From: an uncultured Candidatus Saccharibacteria bacterium
GTDB taxonomy: Bacteria; Patescibacteriota; JACPGU01
NCBI GenBank assembly: GCA_964355795.1
Contig: CAYHEQ010000001.1
Location: 9,849 to 73,848 of the forward strand
Direction: 5' to 3'
DNA length: 64,000 bases
This document shows, one piece after another, positions 36,928 to 43,309 of this stretch. The notes below the pieces were generated by a model that made no database searches, had not been told where the DNA came from, and saw nothing but the letters and a program-made list of their open reading frames with translations. The translations under genes and the position numbers were made by a program. Each line of letters opens with the position of its first letter. The first letter of the stretch is position 1.

Positions 36928-37101
36928 CTATTTCCCCTCTTTGTGCTTCGTCACCTTCCTGCATCGCTTGCACTTTTTATTCAATTCCAATCTCTCCGTC
37001 GTATTGCGTTTGTTTTTGGAAGTGAAATAATTTTTTTCTTTGCAAACGGTGCATTCCATTGTCACCATCCCTCTTGGTCCTCTTTTCTTTTTTCCTGGCA
37101 T
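36928..37101 (-). CDS. rpmG: 50S ribosomal protein L33
   Basis: [40 protein letters not shown] matches the L33 consensus (C..C...NY.T.KNKRN..ERLEL.K.C..C...T.H.E.K). The ORF-track N-terminal extension to 37203 runs through tRNA-derived sequence and is artefactual. The true start may be further downstream at 37059 or 37068. Confidence 0.6.
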   Translation of the reverse strand: MPGKKKRGPRGMVTMECTVCKEKNYFTSKNKRNTTERLELNKKCKRCRKVTKHKEGK

Positions 37102-37136
37102 AAAATTTGTATTAAGTATTAAGATTTCTATCAAAA

Positions 37137-37184
37137 TGACGGGAGTAGGATTTGCACCTACGAAGGCCGAAGCCAGCAGATTTA
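37137..37184 (-). other. Exact 44-nt duplicate of the 3' part of tRNA-Tyr (3' part of anticodon loop through acceptor 3' strand) with no 5' half
   Basis: gggagtaggatttgcacctacgaaggccgaagccagcagattta is identical to 37248..37291 of the intact tRNA-Tyr. It is joined directly to a double-hairpin element. Confidence 0.75.
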
Positions 37185-37214
37185 TCACCCTGCGGGTGAC
37201 CACCCGTAGGGTGG
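37185..37214. repeat. 30-nt double-hairpin element, copy 1 (TCACCC-tgc-GGGTGA / CCACCC-gta-GGGTGG)
   Basis: tcaccctgcgggtgaccacccgtagggtgg. It sits exactly at an anticodon-loop position (GACU | element | UAAAUCU). Confidence 0.75.
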
Positions 37215-37243
37215 CAGTCTTCTTTAACCAATGATTTTCAAAA

Positions 37244-37326
37244 TGGCGGGAGTAGGATTTGCACCTACGAAGGCCGAAGCCAGCAGATTTACAGTCTGCC
37301 CTCGTTGACTACTTGAGTATCCCGCC
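37244..37326 (-). tRNA. tRNA-Tyr (anticodon GTA), class II with long variable arm
   Basis: Acceptor GGCGGGA/UCCCGCC, anticodon stem GCAGA/UCUGC with loop CUGUAAA, variable arm GGC-UUCG-GCC. The T-loop UGCAAAU is atypical. Confidence 0.75.
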
Positions 37327-37342
37327 ACCATTTTGAAAATCA

Positions 37343-37606
37343 TTAAATTCCCAATCTTTTAAAAAGCATCTCCTTTTGCTGGTTGTTATTTTTAAGCTCA
37401 TTTTCTCTTTTTCTAGCCAGAGTATATGTTTCGTAAGCTTCATAGTATACGAGCCTTAATGGCGCATACATTTTGGTCGAAATAACTTTTTTGTTATTAT
37501 GTTGCAATAATCTCGTTTTCAAATCACGCGTCGAACCTATATAGCGCCATTTTTTTATGGTACTTTTCAATAAGTATACATATCCATTCATATTGTTTTC
37601 TTGCAA
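37343..37606 (-). CDS. Small GIY-YIG nuclease-domain protein (YhbQ/UPF0213-like)
   Basis: GYVYLLKS...YIGSTRDLKTRLLQHNN...YYEAYET...ARKRENELK is the GIY-YIG signature. ATG at 37591 is the likely start; 37606 is a TTG. Confidence 0.7.
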   Translation of the reverse strand: MQENNMNGYVYLLKSTIKKWRYIGSTRDLKTRLLQHNNKKVISTKMYAPLRLVYYEAYETYTLARKRENELKNNNQQKEMLFKRLGI

Positions 37607-37618
37607 ATAAGAGATTTA

Positions 37619-37648
37619 TCACCCTGCGGGTGACCACCCGTAGGGTGG
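37619..37648. repeat. 30-nt double-hairpin element, copy 2 (identical to copy 1)
   Basis: tcaccctgcgggtgaccacccgtagggtgg, directly 3' of a tRNA-Tyr-like 5' half. Confidence 0.75.
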
Positions 37649-37683
37649 CAGTCTGCCCCGTTTGACCGCTTCGGTACCCCACC
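37649..37683 (-). other. Orphan tRNA-Tyr-like 5' half (acceptor through anticodon nt 33), truncated by the double-hairpin element
   Basis: GGUGGGGUACCGAAGCGGUCAAACGGGGCAGACU closely resembles the canonical bacterial tRNA-Tyr 5' half. No partner 3' half with a CCCCACC acceptor strand is present. Confidence 0.65.
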
Positions 37684-37728
37684 ATTTTGGTAATTATCAA
37701 ATTCCTAATCCTTGCCTAAAGCCCACGA

Positions 37729-37768
37729 GCAGGGTTGAACTGCTGACCTTTTCCTTACCATGCTTGCC
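37729..37768 (-). other. Degenerate partial copy of tRNA-Thr(GGT) (T-arm to anticodon loop)
   Basis: agggttgaactgctgaccttttccttaccatg compared with agggttgaactcgagaccttcaccttaccatg in the intact gene. Confidence 0.6.
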
Positions 37769-37779
37769 CGCCTATGCAA

Positions 37780-37852
37780 AGCCGTTGTCGAGGGTTGAAC
37801 TCGAGACCTTCACCTTACCATGGTGACGCTCTACCAACTGAGCTACAACGGC
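37780..37852 (-). tRNA. tRNA-Thr (anticodon GGT)
   Basis: GCCGUUG acceptor, D-loop AGUUGGUA, anticodon stem UCACC/GGUGA with loop AUGGUAA, T-loop UUCAACC. Confidence 0.85.
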
Positions 37853-37889
37853 ATAGGCTTTGGCGGGCGGGGAAATGCTCTACCAACTG

Positions 37890-37920
37890 CCACCCCTGCG
37901 GGTGGTCACCCGAAGGGTGA
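37890..37920. repeat. Double-hairpin element, copy 3 (inverted, loop variants), next to a duplicated tRNA-Thr D-arm fragment
   Basis: ccacccctgcgggtgg tcacccgaagggtga. The stems are conserved and the loop nucleotides changed. It is preceded by tgctctaccaactg, a partial copy of the tRNA-Thr D-arm. Confidence 0.7.
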
Positions 37921-37937
37921 AGCTACTCCTTGCCAAA

Positions 37938-38009
37938 AGCCACCTGTCGGGCTCGAACCGACGACCTACCGCTTACAAGGCGGTTGCTCTACCACTGAGC
38001 TAAGGTGGC
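37938..38009 (-). tRNA. tRNA-Thr (anticodon TGT)
   Basis: GCCACCU acceptor, anticodon stem ACCGC/GCGGU with loop CUUGUAA, T-loop UUCGAGC. Confidence 0.85.
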
Positions 38010-38072
38010 CCGAAAACCACTGCCTGCCCCGACCATGGCGTCGGGGAGCTAAGGTGGCAAATCTACAAAAAA

Positions 38073-38759
38073 TTATTCCACCCGCAATTCCGCCATTTTT
38101 TCCGTCGCTTCTTTAATCAATTGCTGATAATCCTCATTATCTTTTTCCAAAACTAAAGCTTTCTTGTAGCTATCCAAAGCCTTGTCATACTGCCGTAAAG
38201 CCGCGTAAGATAACCCCAGATTGATATAGCGATGAGGCACCAAACCATTGAGCTGAATAGATCTCTGATACGCCTCTATCGCTTCCACGTATCGCCCTTG
38301 ATTGAAAAGCGCCAAGCCAAGATTGTTGTGAATCAGATCATTGTTTTTGTCATACTTCAAAGCCGTCCTGAAAGCTTCTTTGGCGTCAGCGAAATTTTCC
38401 TGTTCTATATATATAACGCCCAATTTGTTGTAAAGCTTAGGATTTTTCGGATCTTTCTCAATAGTAGAAATTAAAATCTTTTCCGCCTCTGTATGATTTT
38501 TCTGATCGATCAATTCTCCCACTTTTTCCAACACTTCGTCGGCAGAATTGCTTTTCTGTTTGACAAATCTCGGGATGGACTTGCTGGTTTTTTTACTCTT
38601 TTTACCGTTGGTTTCTTCGGAAGCTTCGTATCTATTGAGCTTCGCCTCGCCATTACTATTGCCCCGCCTTTTCAAAAGCTCCTCGGAAACTTCTGGCATT
38701 TTGCGAGCCACAACAAAAACCAACGCCGCCAATGCTACAACTAGAATGATGATTTCCAT
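38073..38759 (-). CDS. TPR-repeat membrane protein (paralog)
   Basis: N-terminal TM segment (IIILVVALAALVFVV), then three or four TPR repeats (LYNKLGVIYIEQENFADAKEAFRTALKYD ...). Confidence 0.65.
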   Translation of the reverse strand: MEIIILVVALAALVFVVARKMPEVSEELLKRRGNSNGEAKLNRYEASEETNGKKSKKTSKSIPRFVKQKSNSADEVLEKVGELIDQKNHTEAEKILISTIEKDPKNPKLYNKLGVIYIEQENFADAKEAFRTALKYDKNNDLIHNNLGLALFNQGRYVEAIEAYQRSIQLNGLVPHRYINLGLSYAALRQYDKALDSYKKALVLEKDNEDYQQLIKEATEKMAELRVE

Positions 38760-38884
38760 ATACTTTTAGTTAATAGCGATGCGAATGATACGAATTTTTC
38801 ATGCGAATATGGCGAATCCCTATGCGAATCCAATTTGCATGAATATTCGTAGATTCGCATGTCATTCGTAGATTAGCATCGCGT
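38760..38884. repeat. GCGAAT-rich repeat locus with inverted termini
   Basis: agcgatgcgaatgatacgaat ... ttcgtagattcgcatgtcattcgtagattagcatcgcg. Confidence 0.75.
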
Positions 38885-39727
38885 TTATGAAATGAACAGA
38901 TTCTCAAAAAAAATCCTCTTGGAGGCATTACTCTCCAAGGCGCTTTCCACTTTCAACAGCTTTTCCAAAACCTTGGCTATTCTACCATAAGGCAATGATT
39001 TTTCCAAGTCTCCCCAAGAATCTTTTTCAAAATCCCCCAATTCCCCTATCCCTTGCGTATTCAAAGCCAAATTTCTCAAAACCCAAATCATCATATCAAT
39101 GTCTTTTTGCGGTTCTTCTTTCTCCGCCAGCTCCTTGGCTCTGATTAATTTCAAGAAATCTTTTTCGGATAACAAATCACGGCAAATAGCGATGGCGTTT
39201 CCCCCTTCTTCTCCGTCTGTTGCGGAAAAATCTTCGTAAAAATAGACTGATTGCGCTCGAGACAAAATAGTCTTGGGCATACCGCTCTTATCCCCAGCGG
39301 TTAAGATGATGATAGACTTCGCCGGTGGTTCCTCCAGGGTTTTGAGGAGCGCCTCACAAGCTTCATTGGTCAGCTTCTCCGCATTGTTTATTATCAGAAA
39401 TTTCCACTCGCCCTTGGAGCGAGAAAGATTGATGCCCCTTTGCGCCTCCCGAATATCGTCTATCAAAATATGCTCGTCGCCTTTGTCTATCATATGAGTA
39501 TCAACAAAGGTGCCCGACGAAGCTAGGCGACAATGATGACATTTTCCACAAGGGCTATCCCCCTTCCTTTCTTGACATTGAAAATATTGGGAAAGATATT
39601 TGGCAAAATCTTTCTTCTTTTCGCCCTTTGGACCGTAAAAAATATAGGCGTGAGAAAGCCTCTCTGACTCCAAAGCTTTTTGAAAAAATCCCAATTGTCT
39701 CGGGTATTCTTCTTTAATATCCACCAT
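38885..39727 (-). CDS. holB: DNA polymerase III delta-prime subunit
   Basis: HAYIFYGPKG Walker A-like, zinc module C..C..C..C, EACEALLKTLEEPP box. Confidence 0.8.
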   Translation of the reverse strand: MVDIKEEYPRQLGFFQKALESERLSHAYIFYGPKGEKKKDFAKYLSQYFQCQERKGDSPCGKCHHCRLASSGTFVDTHMIDKGDEHILIDDIREAQRGINLSRSKGEWKFLIINNAEKLTNEACEALLKTLEEPPAKSIIILTAGDKSGMPKTILSRAQSVYFYEDFSATDGEEGGNAIAICRDLLSEKDFLKLIRAKELAEKEEPQKDIDMMIWVLRNLALNTQGIGELGDFEKDSWGDLEKSLPYGRIAKVLEKLLKVESALESNASKRIFFENLFIS

Positions 39728-39860
39728 AGAAGATTATTATACCATTTCTCCAAATATGGTATACTAGGTTCTACGGATTACAGATAGTACAGATGTACGG
39801 ATAATGCAAACATATCCTATCTGTAATCTGTAAATCCGTATTATCCGTAATCCGTAGAGT

Positions 39861-40178
39861 ATGAAATTTGAAGACAAAGAATTAGAATGCCAAGATTGCG
39901 GAGCCAAATTCACTTGGGATGCTTCCGAACAAGCTTATTTTGCCAAAAAAGGCTTCAAAGAAGTTCCTCGCCGTTGTCGCGCCTGTCGAGCGAAAAAGAA
40001 AATTGAAAAGGAAGCCGAAGAGGCTAAGGAAAAAGAAATCACCTGCGCTATTTGCGGAGTCAAATCAGTATCAACGCACGAGATAGCTCCGGATGAAGAA
40101 ACGATATGTATGGACTGCGTTCTGAAAGAACAAATGGAGCCAACTGTTGCCCCTCCGCTAGAAACCCCAGCAACCTAG
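39861..40178 (+). CDS. Zinc-ribbon protein (two CxxC pairs twice)
   Basis: CQDCGAK...CRACRAK and CAICG...CMDC. Confidence 0.5.
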   Translation: MKFEDKELECQDCGAKFTWDASEQAYFAKKGFKEVPRRCRACRAKKKIEKEAEEAKEKEITCAICGVKSVSTHEIAPDEETICMDCVLKEQMEPTVAPPLETPAT

Positions 40179-40195
40179 AACCGACCTAGAACAAA

Positions 40196-40226
40196 AAAGA
40201 GATTCCTAACGGAATTTCTTTTTTCA
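40196..40226. terminator. Bidirectional terminator hairpin between the zinc-ribbon gene and rpmB
   Basis: aaaaagagattcctaacggaatttctttttt is a stem-loop flanked by A-runs and T-runs. Confidence 0.5.
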
Positions 40227-40271
40227 TACTATCATTTTTCTCACCAGAGATTAGAAGCTAAAAACTGAAAA

Positions 40272-40460
40272 CTATAAACTAATTTTCCCCTTGCTTTTCA
40301 TACACTTCGTACACAGCTTCACGCGAATCTTCTTCCCGCGGATTATTAGGCTGGTTGGCTGAATATTGGCGTTGAAAACTCTTCTCGTATGACGATTGGA
40401 GTGACTAACGTTATTGCCGGTCGTTCTCGTTTTTCCGCATGCTTGACACATCTTTGACAT
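40272..40460 (-). CDS. rpmB: 50S ribosomal protein L28
   Basis: MSKMCQACGKTRTTGNNVSHSNRHTRRVF matches L28 (M.K.C...GK....GN.VSHS). GAGG RBS 7 nt upstream of the ATG at 40460. The ORF-track extension to 40535 is probably not translated. Confidence 0.7.
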   Translation of the reverse strand: MSKMCQACGKTRTTGNNVSHSNRHTRRVFNANIQPTSLIIRGKKIRVKLCTKCMKSKGKISL

Positions 40461-40559
40461 TGTTGTTTCCCTCAAGTAATATGGATAATAGAAATGTAAC
40501 TTAGTTATTTTATCAAAAAGATTTGCTTTTGGCAAGAAGGAAAGGCAAAGGAAAGATAT

Positions 40560-41246
40560 ATGTTGCTCCTCAATCTATTCTCCCAGCCTCTTGACCTCGC
40601 GGCGGTTTTGATCGCCATCGTCATCGGTCTGACTGTCCACGAATTTGCTCACGCTTGGATGGCGGCTCGCCTCGGCGACTTGACCGCCAAATACGCGGGA
40701 AGATTATCTTTGAATCCTTCGCGTCATTTTGATTTCACCGGCACATTATTTTTGCTTTTGGTCGGCTTTGGTTGGGGCAAGCCAGTGCCGATCAATCCCA
40801 ACGCTCTGCACGGTCGCTACGCTGAACTCAAAGTTTCCTTGGCTGGACCTTTTTCTAATATTTTAATGGCGCTCATTTGCTCCATCCCTATCGCTATCGC
40901 CTTGGGACTCGGCCTCTCTTACGAAGCTAATATCTATCTGCATTTCATTAGGGTTATCGCGGAGATCAATGTTTTCTTTGCCGCCTTCAATCTCTTACCT
41001 ATCTTTCCGCTGGATGGATCGGCCATCATCAAAGCTCTCGCGCCTCGCTCTTGGCATTATAAATTAGCCGATTGGGAGAGATCCGGTATCATCATTCTTT
41101 TTGGCATCCTTTTTGTGGAAATGGTCTTTCGCATCAATATCCTTTTTCCTTTTATTTATGCAATCAGCAGATTTTTTCTTTTCATTATCGCTTTTGTTTT
41201 GCAACCATTTTCGTATCTCTCCGCATATCTCTCTTCCCTATTTTAA
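40560..41246 (+). CDS. Membrane zinc metalloprotease (HExxH; site-2 protease/M50-like)
   Basis: HEFAHAWMAARLGD in the first TM region, multiple TM segments, and LPIFPLDGS, which is similar to the M50 LDG motif. Confidence 0.6.
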   Translation: MLLLNLFSQPLDLAAVLIAIVIGLTVHEFAHAWMAARLGDLTAKYAGRLSLNPSRHFDFTGTLFLLLVGFGWGKPVPINPNALHGRYAELKVSLAGPFSNILMALICSIPIAIALGLGLSYEANIYLHFIRVIAEINVFFAAFNLLPIFPLDGSAIIKALAPRSWHYKLADWERSGIIILFGILFVEMVFRINILFPFIYAISRFFLFIIAFVLQPFSYLSAYLSSLF

Positions 41247-41360
41247 TCGCGATGCGAATAGCGCAAATTTGAAATGCCGTGCGAATATAACGAATTTTTA
41301 TACTAATAATCTCGTTCGCATAAGATTCGTAGATTCGCATACCATTCGTAGATTAGCATC
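41240..41360. repeat. GCGAAT-rich repeat locus with inverted termini
   Basis: cgcgatgcgaatagcgcaaat ... ttcgtagattcgcataccattcgtagattagcatcgc. Confidence 0.75.
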
Positions 41361-41394
41361 GCTTGTGTTGTTAAGTCGTTGCACGCGCAAAAAA

Positions 41395-41600
41395 ATTTCA
41401 GTATAATCATAATATCCACAGTATCAGACGAAACCTGTTCTGTGGATGGGATGAGCTAAGATCGACCTACACTATAATCGAGGGAGTCCAACATAGATAC
41501 TTGCCCGCGATTCGTTCGTAGCATTTATTTGCGGACACCCACCTAGATTTCCTAGGTCATCGATCTTTCTTTCGTCCCATCCATAGAGTAGGTTTTTTTA
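41395..41600 (+). ncRNA. Candidate structured non-coding region (unassigned) ending in a T-run, upstream of tRNA-Pro
   Basis: No ORF. Local stem CCACAG...CUGUGG. Long-range pairing GGAUGGGAUGAG (41444..) with CGUCCCAUCCAU (41576..). Hairpin CCUAGAUUUCCUAGG. Ends with GGUUUUUUUAUUUG. Confidence 0.25.
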
Positions 41601-41638
41601 TTTGAAAAAATCAGGTATAATATTTTTGCTTCTTTTCT

Positions 41639-41709
41639 CGGAGCGTAGCATAATGGTAGTGTGCACGCATGGGGTGCGTGTGGCCCGGGTTCGATTCCCG
41701 GCGTTCCGA
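41639..41709 (+). tRNA. tRNA-Pro (anticodon GGG)
   Basis: Acceptor CGGAGCG/CGUUCCG, anticodon stem CACGC/GCGUG with loop AUGGGGU (G37), T-arm CCGGG-UUCGAUU-CCCGG. TATAAT box about 20 nt upstream. Confidence 0.8.
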
Positions 41710-41738
41710 TTCAATTCGCATATAACTAAATCCATATT

Positions 41739-42332
41739 ATGAAAAGTTACAACAAGGTTAAAGAGCTACCTTTCCAAGAGCTCAAGGGAATTTCTGCCAA
41801 AACGATGGAGGTTCATTTTGGCAAACTTTATCAGGGCTATGTGAAAAAATGGCAAGAGATTCAGGACAAGGTGGCTAACGCCGACCAAGCTTCGGCCAAC
41901 GCCAGCTTCAGCGATTTGCGAGAGCTGAAATTGGAAGAAACCTTCACTGCTGACGCTATTCTCCTCCACGAAGCGTATTTTGACATCTTAGGTGGAGACG
42001 GTAAGCCAAGTGGAAGCATTATGGAGGCGATCGCCAAAGATTTTGGTTCTTTTGAGCAATGGGTAGAAGAATTCAAAGCCCTCGGTCTTTGCGCTCGCGG
42101 TTGGGTTATTCTAGCCTACGACTTCAATGACGGTCGGCTACGAAATTATACCGCCGACGCGCACAATCAAGGCGGTATCTGGGGTTCAGCGCCCATTGTC
42201 GTCCTCGATGTCTATGAACACGCCTACTTCATTGATTTCGGCTCCGACCGCAAAGCCTATATTGAAGCCTATTTTGAAAATCTCAATTGGGAAGCAGTAG
42301 AAAAAAAATGCACTAAGGTTAAAATAAACTAG
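41739..42332 (+). CDS. Fe/Mn superoxide dismutase
   Basis: HFGKLYQGYV N-terminal metal ligand region and DVYEHAYFIDFG C-terminal signature. Confidence 0.85.
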   Translation: MKSYNKVKELPFQELKGISAKTMEVHFGKLYQGYVKKWQEIQDKVANADQASANASFSDLRELKLEETFTADAILLHEAYFDILGGDGKPSGSIMEAIAKDFGSFEQWVEEFKALGLCARGWVILAYDFNDGRLRNYTADAHNQGGIWGSAPIVVLDVYEHAYFIDFGSDRKAYIEAYFENLNWEAVEKKCTKVKIN

Positions 42333-42380
42333 GTCTTGATGTTTCGTTAGAAATTAGTAATTAGAAATTAGAAATTTATT

Positions 42381-42914
42381 CTATTTGGCATTCATTCTCT
42401 CCGCCAAATAGAATATGGCTATCCCAAAGGCCACTGAAACATTGAGAGATTTGCGCGCCCCTAGCATCGGAATTTCAATAACGACATCGGCCAACCGTTG
42501 CAAGGATTTAGACACTCCCCTAACTTCATTGCCGATGATCAAAGCGATCTTGCCACTCGGTTTGTATTTTTTGTAACCAATCGCATCTTTTGCCTGTTCT
42601 AGGCAAACTATTTGATAACCCTCCCCCTTCAAGCATTTAATGAGCTCCCCTATCGTCTTCACTGGATGAATGTTCTCTTGTGATATTTTTTCTGCGTACT
42701 TCCGCGTAAATTTCCGCGTAGATCCGCGCAAAGTAACCCACGGAACCATATTTTCGGAGCCCAAAGCCACCTTGGCTATCTCTTTCTTCGGCGGACAGCC
42801 TGTATAGCCAGTCAAAAAAATCTTGTCCACCCCCGCCCCCTCCGCGGTACGAAAAATAGACCCCACATTGTGGAGCGAACGAATATTGTGAGCGATAATA
42901 ACGATATTTTTCAT
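42381..42914 (-). CDS. SpoU-family RNA 2'-O-methyltransferase (TrmH/TrmL-like)
   Basis: HNVGSIFRTAEGAGV motif I, IIGNEVRGVS motif II, IPMLGARKSLNVSVAFGI motif III. Confidence 0.8.
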   Translation of the reverse strand: MKNIVIIAHNIRSLHNVGSIFRTAEGAGVDKIFLTGYTGCPPKKEIAKVALGSENMVPWVTLRGSTRKFTRKYAEKISQENIHPVKTIGELIKCLKGEGYQIVCLEQAKDAIGYKKYKPSGKIALIIGNEVRGVSKSLQRLADVVIEIPMLGARKSLNVSVAFGIAIFYLAERMNAK

Positions 42915-42964
42915 ATAACTTCACATAGCATACTCAATAAAACATCCCACCACAACACCACGAC

Positions 42965-42992
42965 ATTCTCACATTCGCAAGAATGTGAGAAT
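42965..42992. promoter_or_regulatory. Palindromic operator ATTCTCACATTC-gcaa-GAATGTGAGAAT (copy 1), upstream of the SpoU methyltransferase gene
   Basis: Perfect 12-bp inverted arms. Identical arms recur at 43280 and 45305. Confidence 0.7.
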
Positions 42993-42993
42993 G

Positions 42994-43266
42994 TTAAAAT
43001 TGCTTAGTGAAGTTGATAACTTTCTTCCCATAGGGTGAGAGAGAATGAGCCACTGCTCTACCCTGATACTTTTTGTTCAAAAGACCAGCCTGAACTAATC
43101 GCCTTGTGTGTTCGGAGATTGTTTTCATATTACAATTGAGAGCCTCTGCAATCTCATCTAGCGTCATGCCACTTTTCTTATCTATCAGAAAAAGAATGTC
43201 CAGACGCCGATGGTTAGCCGCCCCTTTAAAATATCTCTCTAACTGTTTGGCTGTTTTCATATTCAA
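42994..43266 (-). CDS. ArsR/SmtB-family transcriptional regulator
   Basis: ANHRRLDILFLI...MTLDEIAEALNCNMKTISEHTRRLVQAGLL is the ArsR wHTH signature, in 90 aa. Confidence 0.8.
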   Translation of the reverse strand: MNMKTAKQLERYFKGAANHRRLDILFLIDKKSGMTLDEIAEALNCNMKTISEHTRRLVQAGLLNKKYQGRAVAHSLSPYGKKVINFTKQF

Positions 43267-43279
43267 ATGATATCACAAT

Positions 43280-43307
43280 ATTCTCACATTCTCAAGAATG
43301 TGAGAAT
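43280..43307. promoter_or_regulatory. Palindromic operator (copy 2), immediately upstream of the ArsR gene
   Basis: attctcacattctcaagaatgtgagaat. Confidence 0.7.
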
Positions 43308-43309
43308 AT

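Noticed and set aside
36576-37234. ORF-track ORFs across the tRNA island (36576..36791, 36662..36886, 36630..36818, 36649..36837, 37040..37234, 37820..38116)
   Set aside because: Their translations are read-throughs of tRNA sequence (for example GIEPP and GSIPS strings). No coding signal is present.
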